DNA from: a virus
Taxonomy: Duplodnaviria > Caudoviricetes
Virus record (IMG/VR): IMGVR_UViG_3300044799_000109
Coordinates: 1-58,894 of that record
Reading direction: 5' to 3' (one strand)
DNA length: 58,894 nucleotides
Shown here: positions 9,394-19,886 of the stretch, one piece after another
Layout: every line of letters starts with the position of its first letter
Numbering within the stretch: the first letter of the stretch is position 1
Notes under the pieces: generated by a model
Told to the model about the DNA's origin: nothing
The model's input: the letters and a program-made list of their open reading frames with translations, nothing else
Database searches by the model: none
Position numbers and translations under genes: made by a program

Positions 9394-9426
9394 TCTATCG
9401 CCGTTTGCTCTATCGCCGTTTGCTCT
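9394..9426. repeat. 15-bp tandem repeat (TCTATCGCCGTTTGC x2)
   Basis: Read directly. Confidence 0.8.
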
Positions 9427-9738
9427 GCGTTGGCTACGTGGCCAGCGTTGGCTCATTTCGGGAGGCAGAGTGCGGACGATCTTCGCCAGTGCACCGCCGC
9501 CCTTGCATCCCGGCGAGAGCATCCTCGGCTCTGCCAATATCGAAGACCTGATGACGCAGTGGGTGATCGAGGAGGGTGGGGATGTGCCAGCGTTGCCGGA
9601 CGGAGTTGTGCAGGTAGCCGAGGGGCCTATGCAGGTAGCGACTGCCCGCCGCCACGCTCCCCGAGCCCGCACCCGACGCCGGCACGACGGGCGCCTGCGC
9701 AAAGCCTGCCCTGAGCGAAGCCGAAGGGTGAGGTGCTG

Positions 9739-10146
9739 ATGGCGAGGGGTCACCCACACGATGACCAGACGAAGGCCGAAGTCATGGCGGCCCTTCTCGC
9801 CGGTCAGTCTGTCAGCGAAGTGGCCCGCCAATTCCGCCTCAGCCGTAATACCGTCAAGTCCTGGCGGGCTGCGTTGGGCATCGGTTCACCCAAGGTTGAC
9901 CAGCAAAAAGCGGAAGAGTTTGGAGACTTGATTGGTCGCTACCTCCGGGAAAACCTCACTACGCTGGCGGTTCAAGCCGAGCAGTTCCGCGACACGGCCT
10001 GGCTCAAGGCACAAGCAGCCAGTGAAGTCGCTGTGCTGCACGGCGTCCTTACAGACAAAGCCATTCGGCTTCTCGAAGCTCTCCAGTCCGGCAACGAAGA
10101 CGCGCCAACCGGCGACGCCGGCGGCACTGGCGATCCTACTCAGTGA
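9739..10146 (+). CDS. terS: Terminase small subunit (HTH type)
   Basis: N-terminal HTH (SVSEVARQFRLSRNTVKSW); directly upstream of terL. Confidence 0.7.
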   Translation: MARGHPHDDQTKAEVMAALLAGQSVSEVARQFRLSRNTVKSWRAALGIGSPKVDQQKAEEFGDLIGRYLRENLTTLAVQAEQFRDTAWLKAQAASEVAVLHGVLTDKAIRLLEALQSGNEDAPTGDAGGTGDPTQ

Positions 10147-10156
10147 GGGGCGCTGG

Positions 10157-11434
10157 ATGATGGCCCAGCATCTGGACGCATTGTCCGACGCTCTGTTGGG
10201 CACCGTGCGCCAGGGCGGACGGCTGATGGTCGAGATGCCACCGCGCCACGGCAAGAGCGAGCTCGTCTCCCACTGGCTGCCGGTCTGGTTCCTCGAACGC
10301 TGGCCGAGAAAGCGTGTCATCCTGTCTTCCTACGAGGCCGACTTCGCCGCGTCCTGGGGACGCAAGGTCCGCAATTCAATCACCGAGAACGCCGAGCGCC
10401 TGTCTGTTCGGGTTTCAGATGACAGTGCAGCGGCCTTCCGGTGGGATACTACGGTCGGGGGCGGGATGGTGACTGCTGGGGTGGGCGGTCCGATCACCGG
10501 CCGCGGTGCCGATCTGCTCATTGTGGATGACCCGGTCAAGAATGCCGAGGAGGCTGACTCGCCTACTTTCCGTGAGCGTGTGTGGGAATGGTGGCGCACC
10601 ACGGCGTACACCCGGCTCGAGCCCGGCGGCGCAGCGGTCCTGGTCATGACGCGCTGGCATCAGGACGATCTTGCCGGCCGCCTGCTGGCAGAGATGCGAC
10701 AGGGGGGCGAGCGGTGGGAGGTACTGAGCCTGCCGGCCCTTGCTGAGGGGGCCGATCCACTTGGCCGAGGTCTGGATGAACCTCTCTGGCGCGAGAGGTA
10801 CGACGCAGCGGCCTTGGCTCGCATTCGGCAGGTGATAGGTTCGCGGGCCTGGGCAAGTCTGTATCAGCAGCAGCCGCTACCCGCCGAGGGCAACCTGTTC
10901 AAGCGCCAGTGGTTCCCGATCGTGGACGCCGCACCCGCCGACTGCAAACGTGTGCGCTACTGGGACTTCGCCGCTACTGAGGCGAGGCCCGGTTCTGATC
11001 CCGACTGGACGGCAGGCGTGCTACTCGGCGTCAAGGACGGCATCTACTATGTCCAGGACGTGCGCCACCTCCGGGCATCGCCCCTCGGCGTCGAGTCGCT
11101 GGTCAAGCAGACGGCGGACCTGGATACCCGAGCCGTGCCCATCTGGATCGAGCAGGAGCCGGGCAGTTCCGGCGTCAACACCATCGACCACTACACTAGG
11201 CAGGTGCTCACCGGCTGGAACGTCCGGGGCGATCGCGTGACCGGCAACAAGCTAGAGCGGATGGGGCCACTTGCCGCGCAGGCCGAGGCGGGCAACGTCC
11301 GGCTACTCCGCGCCGCCTGGAACGGGGCGTTTCTGGACGAGGCCGAGTCTATCCCGCAGGGCCACGACGACATGCTCGACGCTACGGCGGGGGCGCTTCA
11401 GAAACTCTCGCGCCAGGGGGTGGGGTTTGGCTAG
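10157..11434 (+). CDS. terL: Terminase large subunit (start uncertain; frame open from 9932)
   Basis: MPPRHGKS Walker A, LLIVDDP Walker B, MTRWHQDD, WDFA and HDDMLDA nuclease motifs. Confidence 0.95.
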   Translation: MMAQHLDALSDALLGTVRQGGRLMVEMPPRHGKSELVSHWLPVWFLERWPRKRVILSSYEADFAASWGRKVRNSITENAERLSVRVSDDSAAAFRWDTTVGGGMVTAGVGGPITGRGADLLIVDDPVKNAEEADSPTFRERVWEWWRTTAYTRLEPGGAAVLVMTRWHQDDLAGRLLAEMRQGGERWEVLSLPALAEGADPLGRGLDEPLWRERYDAAALARIRQVIGSRAWASLYQQQPLPAEGNLFKRQWFPIVDAAPADCKRVRYWDFAATEARPGSDPDWTAGVLLGVKDGIYYVQDVRHLRASPLGVESLVKQTADLDTRAVPIWIEQEPGSSGVNTIDHYTRQVLTGWNVRGDRVTGNKLERMGPLAAQAEAGNVRLLRAAWNGAFLDEAESIPQGHDDMLDATAGALQKLSRQGVGFG

Positions 11435-12950
11435 ATCGCTAGACATCTACCGTCCGTCCCGCTGGCAGCGCCTCAAGCGGGCACTCCAGTTCTACCGTGC
11501 CGGTGATCCCCGCTGGGACACCAAGCGATCGCCGTTCATCTGGCCCGACTTCCGCACCGGACAGCCGCTCTGGCAGGTCTGCGACTACCAGAGTTACGTC
11601 GAGGAGGGGTACAACCTCAACGCCGTCATCTACTCGGCCATTCAGTACAAGGCCCGGGCAGTGCTCGGCGCTCCCCTCCGCGCCTATGCCGGCGACCCCG
11701 ATCAGCCCGAGGTGCTGCCGCCCGATCACGAACTCACCAAACTACTCACCCGCCCAAATACCTACCAGACGGGCGGCGAGTTCATGATGGTCAATACGAT
11801 TTACTTCAACATCGCCGGCGAGACGTTCGTCCACATGGACCGCCCGGCGAGGGGTGGCCTGCCCACGGCGATGCGCCCGCTCCGGCCCGATCGCGTCAAG
11901 ATCATCCCGGATGGCAATGGCGGACTTAGGGGCTATCTCTACCTGCCTGAGAATCGCTCCTGGCTGGACGGCGTGCCGCTACTCCCCCAGGACGTGATGC
12001 ACGTAAAACTGCCGAACCCGCTGGACCCGCTGGAAGGGATGGGCCACGGGCTCAGCCCGATCTCGCCCCTCGCCCAGTCGGCCGACGTCGACAATCAGGT
12101 GACCCGCTACCTCAAGACGTTCTTCGAGCGTGGCACCATGACCAACATCATCCTCAAGTTCAACGTGCCAATGGACGATGTCGAGATCGCCCGTGTGCGG
12201 GAGCGGTGGGGGAAGCAGTATGGCGGGGTCGAGTCCTGGACGAAGCCGGGCGTGCTCGACGACTCGGGCGACGTGAAGCAGCTCGGCCTGACCTTCGACC
12301 AGATGGGATTCGGCCCGATTGACGAGCGGAATGAATCCCGCCAGTTGGCACCGTTCGGCGTGCCGCCGATCCTGGTAGGGACGCGCTATGGGTTGGCTAG
12401 GTCTACCGACACCAACTACAAGAACGCCCGGGCACACTTCTGGGAAGACACCTTCCTGCCGGAGCTCCAACTCTACGAGCCGAACTTCGACTACTACCTG
12501 ACCGGCGAGGATGTCAGTCTGATCGTGCGTTTCGACACGTCCCAGGTGCCGGCCCTCCAGAAGGACATCGCCCAGCAGATCGACGGCGCCTACAAACTCT
12601 GGCAGATGGGCACGCCCGCGAACACGGCGGTCAAGGTGGTCGGCCTCCAGGTGCCAGCGATCCCCGGCGGTGACACCGGCTACCTCCCGCTTAACCTCGT
12701 GCCGGTGGGTTCGGCACCTGCCTTGCCGGCCGCTCAGACTACCACGCCGGCGACTCAGGCCGAGGAGCCAGCGCAGGACGAGGGCACAGAGGGCGAGGTC
12801 GGGGCCGAGGGCGACACGCGCAAGAGCATCATCCGTCCCTTTCGGACCCGCCCGCAAGTCGGGCCTGTCAGAGGAGGCCAAGCAACGTCTCTGGCAGGGC
12901 GTGGACAAGACGGCGACGAGCTGGGAGGCGAAGTTCAGACAGGCGGCTGA
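11427..12950 (+). CDS. Portal protein (HK97-like)
   Basis: LLTRPN, PLRPDRV, GLSPI, FGVPPILVG, GGDT motifs; position after terL. Confidence 0.93.
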   Translation: MARSLDIYRPSRWQRLKRALQFYRAGDPRWDTKRSPFIWPDFRTGQPLWQVCDYQSYVEEGYNLNAVIYSAIQYKARAVLGAPLRAYAGDPDQPEVLPPDHELTKLLTRPNTYQTGGEFMMVNTIYFNIAGETFVHMDRPARGGLPTAMRPLRPDRVKIIPDGNGGLRGYLYLPENRSWLDGVPLLPQDVMHVKLPNPLDPLEGMGHGLSPISPLAQSADVDNQVTRYLKTFFERGTMTNIILKFNVPMDDVEIARVRERWGKQYGGVESWTKPGVLDDSGDVKQLGLTFDQMGFGPIDERNESRQLAPFGVPPILVGTRYGLARSTDTNYKNARAHFWEDTFLPELQLYEPNFDYYLTGEDVSLIVRFDTSQVPALQKDIAQQIDGAYKLWQMGTPANTAVKVVGLQVPAIPGGDTGYLPLNLVPVGSAPALPAAQTTTPATQAEEPAQDEGTEGEVGAEGDTRKSIIRPFRTRPQVGPVRGGQATSLAGRGQDGDELGGEVQTGG

Positions 12951-13701
12951 GACTGCCTTCGAGGCTGACAGGCGGGCGGTGCTCGCTCTCGTCTCGGAGG
13001 CCCGGGGCAAGGCGCTGGAGCGCAAGGCGTCGATAAACTGGTTGACGGTGGTACAGGACGTGACGGCCTACCTACAGGGGCAGAGCAAGGAGACCTGGCG
13101 GCAGACCTTCGTGCCGCTAATCCAAGGCGTCATCACGGACCAAGCCGTCCAGTGGGGCACGAACCTGGGGCTAGCCTTCGACGTCGAGAACTTGCTCGCC
13201 TCTCAGTGGTTCGAGGACTATACCCTCAAGTTCGCGGACCCGATCAGCCAGACGACCTCGGATGGCGTGTCCGAGGTGCTACAGCAGGGAATGCGCGAGG
13301 GCTGGTCGCACGACAGGATGAGCCAGCGGCTGGGCCAGATGTTCCAGCAGTGGGCGACGGGGAATCTCTCGGCTGAGGACTTCTCCTGGCTGGAGGCGAG
13401 GGCACCGCAGAACAGGCGGGACATCATCGCGCGCAGCGAGAGTATGCACGCGAGCAACGCGGGGTCATTTGAGCTGTTCCGAGACTACGGCGCTCAGAAG
13501 AAGGAATGGCTCGCTACTCAAGATTCGAGGGTACGGGAGGCGCACCTGTCGGCTAACGGCCAAGTGGTCCCAATGGATCAGCCGTTCCAGGTCGGAGGTT
13601 TTCATCTTATGTATCCTGGCGACAGCAGTCTGGGCGCACCACTCAGTCAGACTATCCAATGCCGTTGCGTAGTTCTCCCGGTTCTGGAGGAACAACCGTG
13701 A
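12670..13701 (+). CDS. Minor head protein (MuF / SPP1 gp7-like); true start unclear
   Basis: IARSE, KKEWLATQDSRVREAH, YPGD, IQCRC. Confidence 0.9.
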   Translation: MTPATSRLTSCRWVRHLPCRPLRLPRRRLRPRSQRRTRAQRARSGPRATRARASSVPFGPARKSGLSEEAKQRLWQGVDKTATSWEAKFRQAAETAFEADRRAVLALVSEARGKALERKASINWLTVVQDVTAYLQGQSKETWRQTFVPLIQGVITDQAVQWGTNLGLAFDVENLLASQWFEDYTLKFADPISQTTSDGVSEVLQQGMREGWSHDRMSQRLGQMFQQWATGNLSAEDFSWLEARAPQNRRDIIARSESMHASNAGSFELFRDYGAQKKEWLATQDSRVREAHLSANGQVVPMDQPFQVGGFHLMYPGDSSLGAPLSQTIQCRCVVLPVLEEQP

Positions 13702-14406
13702 CAGACTCTACCCCTCGCCTGCCCTTTGGCCGGGTGGTCTACCAGAATCTGCTGCTGCGCGTGGTCGAGGCTGACGACGGCTTCCACCTCTACGCCAGCG
13801 GGCATGTCCGGCTGTCTCGTGAAGAGGCGGGCAAGTTGGCGGAGCGTCTTGTGGGCAAGCGGGGGAAGAGGCCGGGGCCGAGCGAGGTCAAGGAGTGAGC
13901 GACCTAGGCGAGTCCATCCGAAGCATGATGTCGAACCTGCCGTCGAGCGAGGGCGGTGGGTTCCTCACGTCGCAGTGGATGGGCGATTACCTGATAGCCC
14001 TGGATCGATACGAGCAGGGCCTCGCTCCGAAGCCGGAACTGCCACAGGAGATGCGGCGGACGCGCTGAAAGCGCATCAGGATGCGTGTCGCCGGTTGGCT
14101 GTATGGGTTGGGCCACGGACTCTCTGACTGGTTGGACGATGCACTGGCCGACCGGGGTCCGAGTTGGTTGGCAGAGACCGACTGGCATGCCTATGTCGCC
14201 GGCTGGGTCAGCAGACCGCTATTCTGGCTGGGCTGGTGGATCGATGTTCAGTACTGACCTGGTGCTGAAGTGTGAGTGCTGTGGTCTGCCGTTCGCCAGG
14301 CTGGTCAACGGGTGTATAGTGGTCGAGAGCCGGCACCACGGCGAGAAGCATCAGAACGCGATCGCGGTGGACGAGTTGGTGAAGTTGCGCCAAGGAGGTG
14401 CGCCCG

Positions 14407-14613
14407 ATGGCTGTGGTGTTCAGGCGGAAGCGGCTCTCAACAAGTCAGGCTGACTGGGAGTTGACCTTGCTGCGCCAGATCATCGCCGACATGCAGGAGT
14501 GGCGACTCGCACGGGACGTCGGATATGAGGCGGCCGAACGGGATAGGTATGACCGGATGATGGCGGGTTTGGCCGAATATCGGGCGATCCTAGCCCACAT
14601 GTACAACCGATGA
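14407..14613 (+). CDS. Hypothetical protein
   Basis: AGGAGG RBS upstream of ATG. Confidence 0.5.
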   Translation: MAVVFRRKRLSTSQADWELTLLRQIIADMQEWRLARDVGYEAAERDRYDRMMAGLAEYRAILAHMYNR

Positions 14614-14965
14614 TGTGCCAGGAGGTGCGCCCGAATGAGCAAGCGACCGTTCGTGCTCCCTGAGTTGACGCCTGAGCAGATCGCCGAGTTGAAGCAGCGG
14701 TGGGAGGCCATGTACAGGGGACTTCCTGAGACTGAGGTCCGACTGATCGCCACTATCAGGACTGCGAATGTGCCGAGTGCCAGGCTGCTAGAATCAAAGA
14801 GGCCGAAGTAGAACGGCTCGTCAGGAGAGCGGAGACGAACCTGAAGTGACCTAGCGCCCTAGCTGCGTCAAGTACGCCCGGTTTGTGGGCCTGAGTGCCC
14901 CCGAGCCGGGCTTTCGTTTGTCTCGGAGGTCGGGGGATGCCCTGGACGGTGGACGGAAGGAGCGC

Positions 14966-16489
14966 ATGAGCATGGAGCACAAGAGCTTCCCGGCGATAGT
15001 CACCAAAGTGGAGGCCGACCAGGGCATCGTCGAGCAGATCGTCGCGGTCTTCGGCAATCTCGACGAGGGCAAGGACATCATCCATGCTGGCGCGTTCACC
15101 AAGAGCCTGGCCGAGCGCGGTCAGAAAATCCGTGTGCTGGACCAGCACAACACCGACTCTATCATGCGCGTCATCGGCAAGCCCCTCGGCGTCAAGGAAA
15201 TCGGTCGGTCAGACCTTCCGGCTGAGTTGGTTCGGAAGTTTCCCGATGCGACTGGCGGACTCTGGACGCGGACGCAGTATCTGATGGACACCCCGGAGGG
15301 CAAGGGTGCCTTCCTCCGCATTAAGGCCGGTGCCGTGGACGAGGCGAGCATCGGCTATGACGCCCTCGACATGGACTACTCCAAGGTGATGAAGAACGGC
15401 CAGCAGGTGACAGCCAGGAATCTTCGCACCTGCCGGCTCTGGGAGTACAGCCCCGTCATCTGGGGCCTGAACCAGGCGACCACGACGATCAGCGTCAAGG
15501 CCAACGGCGATGCCCTCGCCGTCAAGGGCGTGATCCCCTTCAAGGCCACCGAGAAAGCACCTGAGGGCGAGCCGTGGTCGCGGCCAGCCCTTCAGGACTT
15601 CGCTGATAAGGGATGGGGCGATCTCACCGACGCCGAGAAGCGGGCGATCGCGGCGCACTACGCCTGGTCCGACAACATGCCGCCTGAGACGTTCGGCGAT
15701 CTGAAACTCCCGCACCACCGGCCCTCGGATGGCGCCGTCGTCTGGATGGGCGTCGCCAACTGCATGGCCCGGATGAACCAGACGCAGGGCATCGACATGC
15801 CAGCCGTCCGCAACCATCTCCTCGGACACTACGACCAGTTCGACAAGCCGCACCCGGGCGAGTCGAGCGCCCAACCCGTCCAGGCATTCAAGGCCGCCGA
15901 CTTCGGCACGACACTGGCTCAACAACTCACCCGGCAGGGGCTCTGGGAAGCCCGCTGGAAAATCGAATCGGCTTTTGACGAGTGCGTCGAGTCCATCTTG
16001 TCTGACGACATTCTCGATGGCGCGGGCAAGCTCACCATGCTGGGCGAGTCCTGCGCCCAATACGCCCAGGCCCTCGGCGACTGGGCGGCCCGGGTCATTG
16101 CCGTGTCCGGCAAGGCTGCCGGAGAGCCCTCGGAGGTCAAGGCGGGACGGCGGCTGTCCGCCGCCTCGACCGCGAAGATCCGGGCAGCCCTCGCTGCCCT
16201 GAGCGATCTACTTGGCGAGCCAGCGTCATACGACTCTGAGCCACCCGCCAAGGATGAAGAGAAGTCCACCGTAGAGACTGAGACTGCCGCACCTGGGCCG
16301 GATGACACCCAGGTCGCGGACGACCCCCCCTCGGCGAAGGCCGGGCCGGGCACGGAACCACCCACCGCTGGCCAGGCGGTCGGGACGGACGTCGCGCCAC
16401 CTACCTCCAACGAGCAAGAGCCTCTGGACCCCATCATCCGCCTCGACCGCGACATGGCCGAGGTCAAGACATTACTCGGTTGGAGGTAA
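14966..16489 (+). CDS. HK97-type prohead protease with long C-terminal extension
   Basis: AVFGNLD..DIIHAGAFTKSL, LDQH, SIGY, LWEYSPVIWG; extra LKLPHH domain. Confidence 0.9.
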   Translation: MSMEHKSFPAIVTKVEADQGIVEQIVAVFGNLDEGKDIIHAGAFTKSLAERGQKIRVLDQHNTDSIMRVIGKPLGVKEIGRSDLPAELVRKFPDATGGLWTRTQYLMDTPEGKGAFLRIKAGAVDEASIGYDALDMDYSKVMKNGQQVTARNLRTCRLWEYSPVIWGLNQATTTISVKANGDALAVKGVIPFKATEKAPEGEPWSRPALQDFADKGWGDLTDAEKRAIAAHYAWSDNMPPETFGDLKLPHHRPSDGAVVWMGVANCMARMNQTQGIDMPAVRNHLLGHYDQFDKPHPGESSAQPVQAFKAADFGTTLAQQLTRQGLWEARWKIESAFDECVESILSDDILDGAGKLTMLGESCAQYAQALGDWAARVIAVSGKAAGEPSEVKAGRRLSAASTAKIRAALAALSDLLGEPASYDSEPPAKDEEKSTVETETAAPGPDDTQVADDPPSAKAGPGTEPPTAGQAVGTDVAPPTSNEQEPLDPIIRLDRDMAEVKTLLGWR

Positions 16490-16494
16490 TCACC

Positions 16495-17817
16495 ATGCCG
16501 GCAACGGCAGTCACCCCGCAGACGTGGCGGGACTATCTCGGTCAGAGCCAGAACATCTTCGAGGAGATGAAGCGGATCCTGACCGACCCGGAGTCCAGCA
16601 TCGAGGATCGAGCCCGCGTGCCTGCCATGCTCCACGATGCCCAGGACTACAAGGCCCGCGGCATTCAGCTCAAGGAGATCTTCGACGCGGCACTCGGTCC
16701 GGACGCCATCAAAGAGATCGAGCGGAAGCAGGGCGCCCCCCTGACCCCGTCCAACTTCAAGCGGTGGGGGGAGTTCCTGTTCGAAGCGTGGAGGGCCGGG
16801 AGCCCGAACTACAAGGGAGCCCCCGATTCGCGCCTCGTCTACTTCAAGGAAAACGAGGAGCGGGTCGGGGCGGCTGAGACCAAGGACATGTCCGGGGCCT
16901 CGGGCGGGGCTGGTGGCTTCCTGATTCCCGCTGAGTTCCAGGCCCAACTCCAGGCAGCGGTTGCCGACCGGAGCATCGTCCGCCAGCGGGCGACTGTCAT
17001 CCCGATGCGCCGGCGCCAGATCGACATTCCTGTGGTCGACCAGACCGGCACGACTGCCGGGCAGCCTCACTGGTTCGGCGGGATGCGCTTCTACTGGGCC
17101 GAGGAGGCGGGGGCCAAGACTGAGAGCGACGCGGCCTTCAAGCAGGCTAGCCTGGTGGCACACAAGCTCATCGGTTATACCCGCGTGTCCGACGAGCTCG
17201 TGGACGACTCGGCCATCAGCCTTGAGGCGTTCTTCTCCGGACCCTTCGGCTTCGCCGGGGGGGTTGCCTGGATGGAAGACTACGCCTTCATGAGAGGCAC
17301 CGGCGCGGGCCAGCCCCTCGGCGTGATCGACGCTGGCTGCACGATCGCCGTCCCCCGGGCCGTGGTCAATGCGGTTGACTTCACCGACCTGGCCCACATG
17401 CTGGAGCACGCGCTCCCCGGCGGGCGGTTCGTCTGGGTGATCTCGCAGAGCCTGCTCTCCGAGTTCATCCAGATGTCTGGACCTGCCGGCAACGCTTCCT
17501 ACGTCTGGATTCCAAACGCTCGGGATGGCGTGCCGGGCACGCTGTTCGGATACCCGGTCATCTGGTCTGAGAAGCCACCGGTGATCGGCTCGCGGGGCGA
17601 CGTCGGCCTGTACGACTTCTCCTACTACGTCATCGGCGACCGGCAGGCGACGACCGTCGAGTCCACCAAGTACGACCGCTGGTCCTACGATCAGACGAGT
17701 TGGCGCGTCGTCCATCGGGTGGACGGCCAGCCGTGGCTCTCGGCTTGGCTGACCCTCCAGGACGGCACGACCACCGTCTCGCCGTTCGTAGTTCTCGGCG
17801 CGGGCTCGGGCAGCTAG
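16495..17817 (+). CDS. Major capsid protein (HK97 fold)
   Basis: GGFLIPAEF, WAEEAG, VSDELVDDS, GTGAGQPLG, TLFGYPV. Confidence 0.95.
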   Translation: MPATAVTPQTWRDYLGQSQNIFEEMKRILTDPESSIEDRARVPAMLHDAQDYKARGIQLKEIFDAALGPDAIKEIERKQGAPLTPSNFKRWGEFLFEAWRAGSPNYKGAPDSRLVYFKENEERVGAAETKDMSGASGGAGGFLIPAEFQAQLQAAVADRSIVRQRATVIPMRRRQIDIPVVDQTGTTAGQPHWFGGMRFYWAEEAGAKTESDAAFKQASLVAHKLIGYTRVSDELVDDSAISLEAFFSGPFGFAGGVAWMEDYAFMRGTGAGQPLGVIDAGCTIAVPRAVVNAVDFTDLAHMLEHALPGGRFVWVISQSLLSEFIQMSGPAGNASYVWIPNARDGVPGTLFGYPVIWSEKPPVIGSRGDVGLYDFSYYVIGDRQATTVESTKYDRWSYDQTSWRVVHRVDGQPWLSAWLTLQDGTTTVSPFVVLGAGSGS

Positions 17818-17871
17818 GCGTTCGGCTCGGAGAAAGTAAGGGCGGGGCGACCCGCCCAGGAGGCAAGCAAC

Positions 17872-18315
17872 GTGACCCAGACTGTCGCGGAGTACTTCTA
17901 CGAGGGGAATCGGCTGGACTTCATCCCGCCGGCGTCTCGCACGTCGGCGGTGGCGAACACCGGGTGGCTGTCCATGCGAGACGTCCACAAGGCCGTGGCC
18001 ATCTACAACGGCGGAGCGCTCGCGGCCAACTCAGTGGTTGACATGCAGATTCTCCAGGCCACCGACGGCCTCGGCGCGGGCAACAAGGTCATCACGGGCA
18101 AGCAGATCGCCAGCCTCGGGAATGCTGACGACAACGTGGCCTGCGTGATCGAGTTGGACGCGTCGGAACTCGACGTCGACGGCGGGTTCGACTGGATCAA
18201 CCTGGAACTCAGTTGCGGCGGCGCGGCTGCCTGCCTGACTTCGGCGGTGCTCATTCGCTACCAGCCGAGGTTCAAGCCGGTCGATTCGTCCAACCTCGAG
18301 GAGGCGGTCACCTAG
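17872..18315 (+). CDS. Putative head decoration / virion protein
   Basis: AGGAGG RBS; follows the capsid gene; beta-rich. Confidence 0.65.
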   Translation: MTQTVAEYFYEGNRLDFIPPASRTSAVANTGWLSMRDVHKAVAIYNGGALAANSVVDMQILQATDGLGAGNKVITGKQIASLGNADDNVACVIELDASELDVDGGFDWINLELSCGGAAACLTSAVLIRYQPRFKPVDSSNLEEAVT

Positions 18316-18363
18316 CGCTAGCGCAAGTCGGGCGGGGGCGACTCCGCCCGACAACGAGAGGAG

Positions 18364-18996
18364 GTGCGAGCCATCTACGTCCAACTTCTCCAACCGAAAC
18401 AGTTGGACACTCGGGTCTACCGCCCGGGCGACTGGGTAGAGGTCGGCAAGCAGAGCGCTCTCAAGTGGATAGCCGAGGGCTCAGCTCGGGCGGTCGGCCC
18501 GATGAAGGTCGAGCTGGATCCGAAGAGTGGCATTCTCGTCCGTGGTGCCGTGAGCGATGCCAGGGTGAAACTGGACCACATTTCCTATCGAGGGAGTCTG
18601 GAGTCGATCCTCATGGGAGGTCTGATCTGGCTGCCGTGGGCGCGGACGTTGATCTGGCAGTCGGACATCAGACTCAGGATAGAGTTCATCGCCGCTGGGT
18701 TCGGATTGTTGGAACGCTGGGAGATCGCCGTGCCGCTGTTATCGGCACAAGGGCTGGCGTCGGAGATCGGGAGTGAGTCTGAGCGGGCGATCACGGCCGA
18801 CGTGGTACACGATCTGCGGGTGCCGGTCTACCAGCCTGGCGTGCTGTTCGTGCGGAAGAGTGAGGCCACGCAGGAACTCCTGACCGTCTGGCAGGCGGAG
18901 CAGATGAAGGGCAAGGATGACCGGCTGTCGTTCCTGCGAGCGGTCTATCAGGTCAAACCGCTGATCCTGGCGCTGCCGGCAACGTGGATCGAGTGA
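18364..18996 (+). CDS. Hypothetical protein with glycosyltransferase-like C-terminus
   Basis: GVLFVRK...W...DDRLSFLRAVY resembles the C-termini of the 19886 and 21727 products. Confidence 0.6.
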   Translation: MRAIYVQLLQPKQLDTRVYRPGDWVEVGKQSALKWIAEGSARAVGPMKVELDPKSGILVRGAVSDARVKLDHISYRGSLESILMGGLIWLPWARTLIWQSDIRLRIEFIAAGFGLLERWEIAVPLLSAQGLASEIGSESERAITADVVHDLRVPVYQPGVLFVRKSEATQELLTVWQAEQMKGKDDRLSFLRAVYQVKPLILALPATWIE

Positions 18997-19012
18997 GGGG
19001 CCAACAGGAGGG

Positions 19013-19507
19013 ATGATGGCACTTTGGGTGTCGGAGCGGGAGACGGGGATGGAGCATCTACAGGTGCCAAGTCCCTACAGTGACCCGCCTTGGGTACCGA
19101 TCAGAACCTTGGTCTACCACTATGACCGTCCTCAGCGGGGTCATGGCTGGCTCGCTCTCTACCAGATAGACGGTGAGATAGAGTCTGAGGTCCGGCGGGC
19201 GATGTTGCCTCTCTGGCGCGTCCGCCGGGAGGAAGCCTACGACTACTGCTGGTATGCCCGCTCGACGCCGGCGCTGCCGTTCATCTGCCTCCGATTCTGG
19301 CTCGAAGATCGGGCCGTCTGGTGGGTAGTCGTGGAGATCCTCTGCCGCCGACTGCACTGGATCAGGCGACCGCCGATGGGCCTCGTCTTCGAGTGGCGCC
19401 GGGATTTCCGGCCGCTGGCGTGGATTCTGAGAGCACTTGGAAGGACTGCCGAGGGCACGGCAGGATGGGTGAGACAGGAGGGTGATGGTGACCTGCTCAG
19501 CGGTTGA
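19013..19507 (+). CDS. Hypothetical protein
   Basis: AGGAGG RBS. Confidence 0.55.
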   Translation: MMALWVSERETGMEHLQVPSPYSDPPWVPIRTLVYHYDRPQRGHGWLALYQIDGEIESEVRRAMLPLWRVRREEAYDYCWYARSTPALPFICLRFWLEDRAVWWVVVEILCRRLHWIRRPPMGLVFEWRRDFRPLAWILRALGRTAEGTAGWVRQEGDGDLLSG

Positions 19508-19886
19508 GTATGGATCGGCAGAGTACAACAAGTTCGAGAGGGAGCGTAAGAGACAGGAAGTAGCGTACCTAAACCGAATGAGGAAACTCATCAAGAGTCT
19601 GCCACAAATGCACTGGGATGGATCGGACATGGGCGGTTTCTCTGTTGACCAACCGGGCGCACCAACTGATTTCACGGTCCTTCTTGGTGAATGGGTCGGG
19701 AGTGACCGCACCAGTTTCAACGCCCAGACTCTTGGAATGTTCGTACAACGTGAGGATTGTACCCCACCGAACGGAGCCTTGGATGGATTGATCCTCACCA
19801 TCGCACAACATCGCATGCGTCTCATCGGTTGTCACGGAACGGACCCTTGGAGAGTCTGGTTCATCGCGGAGCGTATCAAGGACTGA
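19482..19886 (+). CDS. Hypothetical protein
   Basis: AGGAGG RBS; coupled to the next gene. Confidence 0.6.
   Translation: MMVTCSAVEYGSAEYNKFERERKRQEVAYLNRMRKLIKSLPQMHWDGSDMGGFSVDQPGAPTDFTVLLGEWVGSDRTSFNAQTLGMFVQREDCTPPNGALDGLILTIAQHRMRLIGCHGTDPWRVWFIAERIKD

Noticed and set aside
15919-17988. 689-aa minus-strand ORF and similar long antisense ORFs over structural genes
   Set aside because: Shadow frames of GC3-rich genes, with no motifs or RBS.
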